From positions 1 to 28,081 of IMG/VR virus record IMGVR_UViG_3300020045_019473: a stretch of 28,081 bases of DNA. One strand, written 5' to 3'. The translations under genes and the position numbers were made by a program. The notes below the pieces were generated by a model. That model was not told the origin of the DNA, ran no database searches, and saw only the letters and a list, made by a program, of their open reading frames with translations. Positions 1 through 7,372 of this stretch are shown here, one piece after another; the first letter of the stretch is position 1, and every line of letters starts with the position of its first letter. Source of the stretch: a virus (Duplodnaviria; Caudoviricetes).

Positions 1-120
1 TCGGCCATCGCCATGACTGTTGCAGGCTCGGGAGACGACTTGAGTCAGTTTCGCCCGGTCGTGAAGGACTCGTCCCCAGATTTCCCCGCAGCGCATGCAG
101 AAATAAACGTAACTGTAGTG
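1..120 (-). CDS. Fragment of a small Cys/His (Zn-finger-like) phage protein, inverted relative to the replication operon; runs off the window edge
   Basis: Reverse complement of 1-120 reads HYSYVYFCMRCGEIWGRVLHDRAKLTQVVSRACNSHGDGR without stops: CxxC followed by GEIWxR, then CxxH. This is far more protein-like than the + strand translation. Not in the ORF track. Confidence 0.6.
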
Positions 121-705
121 CTGCTGAACTACGAGTCTCTGACGAAGATGACCGACCCGCAGCGCGGCACGAACAACCCTTACGAGAAGATTCTCCGCTC
201 GCTCGCCGACTTCCCCGACGATCGCACGAGTAAAAAGTTCGGCAACATCGGCGAGTGGGGACCGAACCGTATCCTCTGCATCGATTCGCTGACCCAGCTC
301 GGTGACGCCTGCATGAAAATGGTGATCGGATCGAAGCCGACAGCGAGGCAGCCCGACTACGGAGTCGCCCAGAATAACCTGATGAATTTCCTGCGGTATT
401 TGACCCAGGCGCTTCGTTGCACCGTCATCATGACTGCACACGTGCAACGCCAAGTCAATGAGATTACCGGCGGAGTCCAACTCATGACGAAAGCAATCGG
501 CAAAGCGATGGCCGACGACATCCCTCCGCTTTTTTCCGAAGTCATCTGTTGCCTCCGGAAAGGCCCGGCCTGGTACTGGGACACCGCCGCAGTTGGCGTC
601 ACGACCAAGACCCGCTATCTGCAGGTCGCCGGCAAGATTACCCCTGATCTGGGAGTCATCCTGGATCGGTGGCAAACGCGTTCTCAGGCCGCGATAAACG
701 CCTGA
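13..705 (+). CDS. AAA_24/Sak4-like (RecA-fold) phage ATPase, N-terminally truncated; credible homology starts near 121
   Basis: Walker B-like ILCIDSLT, VIMTAH strand, and GKAM..IPPLFSEV resemble phage AAA_24 ATPases; lies directly upstream of an SSB-like gene. No Walker A (GxxGxGKT) is present, and the first ~36 codons look unrelated. Confidence 0.7.
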   Translation: MTVAGSGDDLSQFRPVVKDSSPDFPAAHAEINVTVVLLNYESLTKMTDPQRGTNNPYEKILRSLADFPDDRTSKKFGNIGEWGPNRILCIDSLTQLGDACMKMVIGSKPTARQPDYGVAQNNLMNFLRYLTQALRCTVIMTAHVQRQVNEITGGVQLMTKAIGKAMADDIPPLFSEVICCLRKGPAWYWDTAAVGVTTKTRYLQVAGKITPDLGVILDRWQTRSQAAINA

Positions 706-738
706 TTTCACTGTAACTGTAACTCAAGGAAATTTCAA

Positions 739-1215
739 ATGCAAACTTTCGACCCTACCGCCTTCCTCGACCTGCCGATTGACGCACCTCTTGAGCGCCG
801 CGCACCAATCCCAGCGCAAGATTATCTCGCCGTCATTCAGGACATCGAGGCTCGCCAGTGGCAATCCAAGAACAAGACGAACCCGGATGGTTCATTCAAG
901 ACTGGCATTGTGTATGATGTCAAATTGGCAGTGCAAATCCCGCCCGAAGTGAAGGCCAGTTCTAACCTCAACGTCGACACGTTGCTGATGAACGACTCGA
1001 TCATGCTGGATTTGAACGACCAAGGCGGCATCGACACGGCGCCCGGACGGAACCGCGCTCTCCGCAATTATCGCGAATCGCTCGATATGAATAAACCTGG
1101 CGAGGTCTTTCGGGCTCGCGAGATGGTCGGCCGCCTGATTCGCGTGCGCGTTAAGCACGAGGAATACCAGGGCAACCTTCAAGAGCGTGTTGATGGTGTT
1201 GCCAAGGCGCAATAA
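739..1215 (+). CDS. Putative single-stranded DNA-binding protein (DUF669-like OB fold)
   Basis: PIPAQDYLAVIQD N-terminal motif, MVGRLIRVRVKHEEYQG C-terminal motif, AAGGA RBS at 726-730, and the typical ATPase-SSB gene pair. Confidence 0.7.
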   Translation: MQTFDPTAFLDLPIDAPLERRAPIPAQDYLAVIQDIEARQWQSKNKTNPDGSFKTGIVYDVKLAVQIPPEVKASSNLNVDTLLMNDSIMLDLNDQGGIDTAPGRNRALRNYRESLDMNKPGEVFRAREMVGRLIRVRVKHEEYQGNLQERVDGVAKAQ

Positions 1216-1225
1216 TTAGTAGCCC

Positions 1226-1249
1226 GGCAAGCCCCGCAAGGGGCTTGTC
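1226..1249 (+). terminator. GC-rich hairpin with GCAA tetraloop between the SSB and ParB-MTase genes (weak terminator or mRNA-stabilising stem)
   Basis: GGCAAGCCCC-GCAA-GGGGCTTGTC is a 10-bp stem (one G-U) just after the SSB stop; it is followed by TCACTT rather than a U-tract. Confidence 0.5.
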
Positions 1250-1264
1250 TCACTTGGAGATGGT

Positions 1265-2608
1265 ATGACTACTTTGGTTCCTCTGGAAAAAATCTCAATC
1301 GGCGAAAACCGCCAGCGACGAGAGTTCAAGCCGGACAGCCTGCACGAACTCGGCGATTCAATCTCGCGGGTTGGCCTGATGCACGCACCTGTTGTCCGGC
1401 CAGATGCTGCTGGCGGCTGGACCCTCGTTGCCGGCGAGCGCCGACTTCGGGCGATCAAAGACATGGCGGAATTGGGCGTCATGTTCAAGTTTAACGGAGT
1501 ACCAATCCCGGTTGGCCAGGTACCCGTGGTTTCTCTCGGCGAACTCTCCCACTCGGAGGCTTGGGAGGCGGAACTCGAGGAGAATATTCGGCGAACCGAT
1601 TTGACCTGGCAAGAGCGGGCCAAGGCCACCGCCGCGCTGATTGAATTGCGCAGTCTGCAGGCGAGGGAGCGCGACGAGCCAATCCCGAGCGTATCCACTG
1701 TCGCCCGCGAGATTCATGACATACCTGCGGACGAGCAACTCGGCGACCGAGGGACCTCCGTCCGGAATGAGGCGATTGTCGCGAAATTCCTCCACGATCC
1801 CGACGTTGCCGGCGCATCCTCCGCGAAGGAAGCGTTTAAAATTCTCAAGAAAAAGGAAGAGCGGAAAAAGAATGAGCACCTCGCCCAGACGATCGGGCGG
1901 ACATTCAACTCTAATGCACATACGCTGCTGAATGTCGATTGCCTCCAATGGATGCGTGAAGCCCCTCCAAGTCAGTTCGACCTTATCGTGACGGATCCCC
2001 CTTACGGGATGAACGCGGATAAGTTCAACGACTCCGGCGTCGGCGTGTCGGCGGCCGGCCACTTCTACGACGACTCCCCCGAGGAGTGGGACCGACTGAT
2101 CACCGAGTTTGCGGTCGAATCTTTCCGCTTGACCAAGCCGGATGCCCACCTCTACGCGTTTTGCGACATCGACAGGTTTGTCGCGTTCCGCAACCTGCTT
2201 GGCGATGCCGGCTGGCGAGTCCATCGAACCCCGCTGATCTGGCACAACCCAGACGGATTCCGCGCACCCTGGCCAGACCAAGGTCCGCAGCGAAAATACG
2301 AATTGATCCTCTACGCCATCAAGGGGGGAAAGAAAACGAACTCCCTCCAGAGCGACGTGATCGAATGCCGGAAAGACTCGGCGCTCGGCCACCCAGCGCA
2401 AAAGCCAGTCGCCTTGATCGAGAATCTTCTCCGGCGGTCGGGCACGCCCGGCGATAGAGTGCTTGACCCATTCGCCGGTTCCGGTCCGACAATCGAGGCC
2501 TGTCACGCCCTCAAAATGAGCTGCACTGCACTTGAGCTCGACGCCGGGGCTTACGGAATCGCAGCAAAACGGCTGCAATCTTTTGACTCTCAACAGGATT
2601 TGCTATGA
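1265..2608 (+). CDS. ParB/Srx-domain - N6-adenine/N4-cytosine DNA methyltransferase fusion (beta class)
   Basis: N-terminal ParB motifs (GLMHAPVV, LVAGERRLRA, ELEENIRRTDL); C-terminal MTase with catalytic DPPY, HPAQKP and SAM-binding VLDPFAGSG in beta order; GGAG RBS. Confidence 0.92.
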   Translation: MTTLVPLEKISIGENRQRREFKPDSLHELGDSISRVGLMHAPVVRPDAAGGWTLVAGERRLRAIKDMAELGVMFKFNGVPIPVGQVPVVSLGELSHSEAWEAELEENIRRTDLTWQERAKATAALIELRSLQARERDEPIPSVSTVAREIHDIPADEQLGDRGTSVRNEAIVAKFLHDPDVAGASSAKEAFKILKKKEERKKNEHLAQTIGRTFNSNAHTLLNVDCLQWMREAPPSQFDLIVTDPPYGMNADKFNDSGVGVSAAGHFYDDSPEEWDRLITEFAVESFRLTKPDAHLYAFCDIDRFVAFRNLLGDAGWRVHRTPLIWHNPDGFRAPWPDQGPQRKYELILYAIKGGKKTNSLQSDVIECRKDSALGHPAQKPVALIENLLRRSGTPGDRVLDPFAGSGPTIEACHALKMSCTALELDAGAYGIAAKRLQSFDSQQDLL

Positions 2609-3306
2609 CCCTACTTTCCCGAGCCGCATTGCTGGAACAAGCCGTTGTCCTCGACACGGAGACGACCGATTCAAAAGAACGAGACGGTATCCGGCCCGAG
2701 GTGATTGAGTTGGCCTTCATCGCGAAGAACGGAGCGACATTCGAGCGCCGGTACATGCCGACAAATCCTTCGAGGTGGGGAGCAATCGCCGTCCATAACA
2801 TCATGCCGGAAGAGTTGCTCGGCTGTCCGCCGGCGACCGAAGCACTTCTGGATGCTCCAACCCGCTCCAAATACTGGATCGGCCACAATATTGATTTCGA
2901 TTGGAAGATGCTCGGATCGCCGCCGGTCAAGCGGATTTGCACGCTCGCACTTGCGCGCGCGATGTGGCCAGAAGTGGACTCGCATACCCTCACAGCGATG
3001 ACGTATTTCACCAAAGGGGCAAACGCAACAACTCGCGAGCGACTGCGCTCAGCTCACTCCGCTCTCGCCGATATCGAGCATTGCCTCGACCTGCTTGAAG
3101 TCGTGATCGCAATCGCCAAGATCCAGACGATTGAAGAACTTTACGAACTGTCCGAGGATGCTCGGATTCCAAAGAAGATGACCTTCGGAAAATTCGCGGG
3201 GCAACCGATCTCGGCAGTCGATCGCGGCTATGCGGCCTGGTATCGCAAGCAACCCGACACCGATCCGTACCTGCTTGAAGCCTTCAAGCGGGCAAAATTG
3301 CTGTGA
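2605..3306 (+). CDS. DEDDh 3'-5' exonuclease, exodeoxyribonuclease X-like, with C-terminal FGK (DUF3820-like) domain
   Basis: ExoI LDTETT, ExoII GHNIDFD, ExoIII HSALAD; C-terminal MTFGKFAGQPI..V..GY..W; ATGA overlap with the MTase gene. Confidence 0.9.
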   Translation: MTLLSRAALLEQAVVLDTETTDSKERDGIRPEVIELAFIAKNGATFERRYMPTNPSRWGAIAVHNIMPEELLGCPPATEALLDAPTRSKYWIGHNIDFDWKMLGSPPVKRICTLALARAMWPEVDSHTLTAMTYFTKGANATTRERLRSAHSALADIEHCLDLLEVVIAIAKIQTIEELYELSEDARIPKKMTFGKFAGQPISAVDRGYAAWYRKQPDTDPYLLEAFKRAKLL

Positions 3307-3518
3307 GCACCGACGAGGGTGACGAGGGCGATGTCATTCTGCTTGTCGATTGGCCGCTTAAACTGCTGATCGCTAAGGCCGACGTGAATGAAATCATAAC
3401 CGCCTACAATCGTCTAGGCGAAATTCTTGCGGTCGCTCTCGAAGAACTGCAGGCAATGCAACAACAACCGGGAGATTCAATTGGCGATTCACTTGAAGAG
3501 CGGAGACGGACCCACTGA
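3303..3518 (+). CDS. Small acidic hypothetical protein (71 aa)
   Basis: GTG start overlaps the exonuclease stop (GTGA); fills the gap before the polymerase; helical and acidic composition. Confidence 0.6.
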   Translation: MSTDEGDEGDVILLVDWPLKLLIAKADVNEIITAYNRLGEILAVALEELQAMQQQPGDSIGDSLEERRRTH

Positions 3519-5919
3519 TGCAAAGATTATGCTCGTCGGAGAAAGTTTCTCGGACAACGATGAGCGAGTCGGTTTACCCTTTCAAGGGCCGTCGGGTGAG
3601 GAACTTTCTCGGATGCTCCACGAAGCCGGGATTATGCGATCGGAGTGCTATACGACGAACGTTGTAAATGCAAGGGCTCCCGGCGGCGACCTGGGTGCCT
3701 GGATGGGCTGGAAGAAGAAGGATGTGCAGGCGGACTACGTGCAGGTCCGTGGCCTGTGGGTTAAGCCGACAATTCGTGAAGGCATCGAACGGCTGCTCCG
3801 CGAGATCGCTCTCGTCCGTCCGAACCTGATTATCGCGCTCGGCGGGCACGCTCTATGGGCACTGACCGGAGCAACTGGGATAATGAAGTGGCGCGGGTCG
3901 CAGCTCCGCACAGCGATTCCGACTGAACTTTGGCCCCGAGGCGTTGACCCCGTGACGCCAGTTAAACTCATCCCGGCAATTCACCCTTCGATGATCGCTC
4001 GGGATTGGTCTCAACGCCAGATCACAGTCCATGATTTCAAGCGGGCGGCCGGCGAACGCGACTCACGCGACTACTTGAATGAGCCGAAATGGAACTTTAT
4101 CGTTCGGCCGACGATTGACCAGGCGCTCGGCACTCTGCACAACCTTCTCGAATGGCTGAGTTCCGGCCAGATCGAATGGATTGACTTCGACCTGGAGACG
4201 CGGGCCGGCCACATTGCTTGCGCCGGATTGTCCTGGACAAAGGTAGATGCGATCTGCATCCCCCTCATGTGTGTCGAATCCCGCGACGGATACTGGCTGC
4301 TCGAGGAGGAGGCTGAAATTCTCTGGCTCTTGTATCAAGTATTGACCCACCCCAAGGTTAAAGTGCGCGGCCAGAACCTCTTGTACGATGCCCAATACAC
4401 CTACCGCCATTGGCACTTCGTCCCTCGCGTTGCCCAGGACACAATGATTGCCCAGCATTCAGCGTTCTGCACCCAGCCGAAGTCGCTCGCCCACATTGCC
4501 TCGATGTATTGTGACCACTATGTTTACTGGAAGGACGACGGCAAGACCTGGACGAAAGACACAACCGAGGATCAACTTTGGCGGTATAACTGTGTCGACT
4601 GCGTGCGGACGCGAGAGGCCGGCGAGGTGCTCGAGACGGTCGTGGCAAAACTCGGGATCGAATCTGTCAACGAATTTCAGCAAAAATTCTTCTGGCCCGT
4701 CTTGCAAGCGATGCAGCGGGGCGTAGCGATCGACAAGAAACTCCGGCAAAAACTCGCCGACGAGCTGCTCGAAGAGATGGCGGTGCGGGAAGAGTACTTC
4801 GTCCACGTCCTCGGCCATCCGTTTAATCCGAGGTCAAAAACTCAGATGGCCAAGCTATTCTACGAGGACCTCAAACAGCAACCGATCTGGTCGCGGGCGA
4901 AGAAGGGTATACCCTCGCACATCACATGCGACGGGGAAGCACTGACCAAAATCGCCCTGCGTGAACCGATTCTCCGACCGTTTATCAAGGCGATTGAGGA
5001 GTATCGAAGCCTTGGCGTTTTCCTTTCGACGTTTGTCCTAGCTCCCCTCGACATTGACAACCGGATGCGCACGTCTTACAACATCACAGGCACATCAACG
5101 TTTCGATTTTCCTCAAGTGAAAATGCATTCGGCTCCGGGACGAACTTGCAAAACATCCCGAAGGGCGGTGAAGAAGCGGACTCCGACCTCAAACTTCCAA
5201 ACGTGCGAAAAATGTTTGTGCCTGATCCCGGCTACGAAATGTTCGACAAGGATCTGAGCAAGGCTGACCTCCGAATTGTAGTCTGGGAATCCGGCGAAGA
5301 TGAAATGAAAGCAATGCTGAAAGAGGGCAAAGACCCCTACATTGAAGTGGCCCGCGATTTCTACAAGGATCGCACAATCAATAAGCTGCGCTCGGACGGC
5401 AGCGAAGATCCTCGGTATCGGACCTTCAAGAGTTTCTGCCACGGCACCCACTACCTCGGCTCACCGAGCGGATTATCCCAGCGGCTCGGACTGACCGTTC
5501 ACCAGGCGGAGAAGACGCAGAACTGGTACTTCGGCCGGTTCCCAAAGATCCGCGAATGGCAGAACGACTTTAAAAAGCAAGTCGCCTCGCGGCGCTGGGT
5601 CGAGAATATCTTCGGGTATCGCTGCCACTTCTTCGGCCGAATCGACGATGCGACATTTCGGGAAGCAATCGCCTGGGTTCCCCAATCAACAGTCGCCCTG
5701 TATATCAATCGAATCTGGATGAACCTTTATGAGAAGTACCCACATATCTGGGTGTTGCTCCAAGTGCATGATTCGCTGGTCGGCCAGTTCCCGATCCATC
5801 GCCGGGACGAATGTCTGGCTCAACTTGAGGAAGCTTCCCGGATCATTTTACCTTACGATGATCCCCTGATCATTCCGACTGGCACCAAGACATCGCAGGT
5901 ATCCTGGGGAGACTGCTAA
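3481..5919 (+). CDS. polA: Family A DNA polymerase with N-terminal family-4-type uracil-DNA-glycosylase-like domain and 3'-5' exonuclease domain (SPO1-polymerase-like architecture)
   Basis: UDG-like motifs GDGPTDAKIMLVGE, GLPFQGPSG, YTTNVV, RPNLIIALG, IHPS; Exo motifs FDLET, NLLYD, YNCVD; Pol motifs RFSSS, NLQNIP, A DLSKADLR, B KSFCHGTHY, C QVHDS. TTG start at 3481 chosen for the GGAG RBS at 3471-3474 (ORF track starts at 3427). Confidence 0.95.
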   Translation: MAIHLKSGDGPTDAKIMLVGESFSDNDERVGLPFQGPSGEELSRMLHEAGIMRSECYTTNVVNARAPGGDLGAWMGWKKKDVQADYVQVRGLWVKPTIREGIERLLREIALVRPNLIIALGGHALWALTGATGIMKWRGSQLRTAIPTELWPRGVDPVTPVKLIPAIHPSMIARDWSQRQITVHDFKRAAGERDSRDYLNEPKWNFIVRPTIDQALGTLHNLLEWLSSGQIEWIDFDLETRAGHIACAGLSWTKVDAICIPLMCVESRDGYWLLEEEAEILWLLYQVLTHPKVKVRGQNLLYDAQYTYRHWHFVPRVAQDTMIAQHSAFCTQPKSLAHIASMYCDHYVYWKDDGKTWTKDTTEDQLWRYNCVDCVRTREAGEVLETVVAKLGIESVNEFQQKFFWPVLQAMQRGVAIDKKLRQKLADELLEEMAVREEYFVHVLGHPFNPRSKTQMAKLFYEDLKQQPIWSRAKKGIPSHITCDGEALTKIALREPILRPFIKAIEEYRSLGVFLSTFVLAPLDIDNRMRTSYNITGTSTFRFSSSENAFGSGTNLQNIPKGGEEADSDLKLPNVRKMFVPDPGYEMFDKDLSKADLRIVVWESGEDEMKAMLKEGKDPYIEVARDFYKDRTINKLRSDGSEDPRYRTFKSFCHGTHYLGSPSGLSQRLGLTVHQAEKTQNWYFGRFPKIREWQNDFKKQVASRRWVENIFGYRCHFFGRIDDATFREAIAWVPQSTVALYINRIWMNLYEKYPHIWVLLQVHDSLVGQFPIHRRDECLAQLEEASRIILPYDDPLIIPTGTKTSQVSWGDC

Positions 5920-7130
5920 TGTCCAGGCAGTTTGCGGACTGGATACCTGCGTATCTGGATTATATGTCAGGATCAGAGGCGCCAAACCGGATGCATTTCT
6001 GGACAGCAGTCTCGACTCTGGCGGCATGCCTGCGTCGAAAAGTCTGGATCGACATGATGCGATTCAAGTGGACGCCAAACTTTTACATCATCCTTGTGGC
6101 GCCGCCGGGCATCATCTCCAAGACGACAACGATGGACGCCGGGATTGAACTGCTGAAGAAAGTCCCTGGCATCAAATTCGGACCGGACGTTGTGACCTGG
6201 CAAGCCCTGGTAACGGCGTTCACCGCCTCCGAGGAGAGTTTCCAATACGAAAGCGACTGGCTTCCGATGTCACCGCTGACCCTGGCGTCGGGTGAACTCG
6301 GTAACCTGCTCAACCCGCAGGACAAGGACATGGTGAATCTGCTGATCAGTCTGTGGGACGGTCGAAACTCCTTTGAGAAAGTCACCAAGATGTCGGGGAC
6401 TGATGTTGTTTCCGCGCCTTGGATCAATATGATCGGCTGTACAACACCGCACTGGATTGCCGACAACATGCCGCAGGCAACGATCGGCGGCGGCTTCATC
6501 TCCAGATGCGTGTTCGTGTTTGCCGATCGGAAGGTTGCGTTTGTCGCCTACCCTGACGAGGTGACCCGAAAGGATCACGCCGAGTATCAGCAGCGGTTAG
6601 TCCGCGACCTCGAGCATATCTCGGTTAACCTCGTCGGACCTTATGGACTGTCACCGGACGCCAGAGCCTGGGGAAAAGAATGGTACCAAAAACTCTGGAC
6701 AGAGGCTAACAAGCGCGGAGAGGACGACCGGGTTGATGGCTATCTCGCGCGAAAGCAAACTCACATGCATAAGCTAGCACTGATCCTGGCCGTCTCCCGG
6801 GGGGATGAGCCGGTGATCGACCTGATCGATCTGATTGCCGCCGACAAGATGCTCGAGGAAACCGAGGTCGATCTGCCGAGGGTGTTCTCACGGATCGGCC
6901 GGACTGAAGAGTCAATTCAAGCGGAACGCTTTGTGACTTACGTCAAGTCACGCAAACGTGTCGCCTACCAGGAAGCTTACCGCTACATCCACAGCGCATT
7001 TCCGAACTTCCGCGACTTCGAAGGCATCATTCAGGGTGCCATTGTATCTGGGCAAATTCGGCTGTCTTACGAGGGGAACTCGACAGAGGTTGCAAAGGCG
7101 GCGCTTGTGTATGTGGGTGCGGATAATTGA
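5919..7130 (+). CDS. DUF3987-like AAA+ protein (helicase-type domain of primase-helicases), stand-alone
   Basis: EAP..MHFW N-terminus, PNFYIILVAPPGIISKTT (variant Walker A), SGELG (variant Walker B), LISLWDG, MIGCTT, GGFISRC arginine-finger-like motif, HKLALILA; TAATG coupling to the polymerase. Confidence 0.75.
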   Translation: MSRQFADWIPAYLDYMSGSEAPNRMHFWTAVSTLAACLRRKVWIDMMRFKWTPNFYIILVAPPGIISKTTTMDAGIELLKKVPGIKFGPDVVTWQALVTAFTASEESFQYESDWLPMSPLTLASGELGNLLNPQDKDMVNLLISLWDGRNSFEKVTKMSGTDVVSAPWINMIGCTTPHWIADNMPQATIGGGFISRCVFVFADRKVAFVAYPDEVTRKDHAEYQQRLVRDLEHISVNLVGPYGLSPDARAWGKEWYQKLWTEANKRGEDDRVDGYLARKQTHMHKLALILAVSRGDEPVIDLIDLIAADKMLEETEVDLPRVFSRIGRTEESIQAERFVTYVKSRKRVAYQEAYRYIHSAFPNFRDFEGIIQGAIVSGQIRLSYEGNSTEVAKAALVYVGADN

Positions 7131-7149
7131 TGAATTAAACGCGCACAAA

Positions 7150-7365
7150 ATGACACGCCCTACAATCAAAATCCTCATCGAGCAAGACCTCGGCTATTGT
7201 TGCCAGTGGTTCTTCTTCAATCAGTTCCGGCGGACAGCCCTGATTGCCGCCAGGCTCGGCGTGAGCGACCGGGCAATCCGGTATTCAAAAGCGGAAGTAA
7301 AAAAGGGTTGCCTCAAATGCGAGAACAACCCTACTTGCATGCGGGAGCATGCGAGGAAACGCTGA
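7150..7365 (+). CDS. Small HTH plus Cys-cluster protein (possible transcription regulator)
   Basis: ATG at 7150; TALIAARLGVSDRAIRY is HTH-like; CLKCENNPTC Cys cluster; exactly fills the space to the convergent tailspike. No clear RBS. Confidence 0.6.
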   Translation: MTRPTIKILIEQDLGYCCQWFFFNQFRRTALIAARLGVSDRAIRYSKAEVKKGCLKCENNPTCMREHARKR

Positions 7366-7372
7366 CGGTTCG

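Noticed and set aside
1358-2593. 411-aa antisense ORF opposite the ParB-MTase
   Set aside because: Shadow ORF typical of GC-rich coding DNA; no motifs, while the sense gene has clear ones.
3427-3480. Upstream extension of the polymerase ORF containing CRQC, near where family-4 UDGs carry the Fe-S CxxC
   Set aside because: The other two cluster cysteines are missing, the segment lies inside the 3303-3518 gene in another frame, and the RBS supports the TTG at 3481. Probably coincidental, though not excluded.
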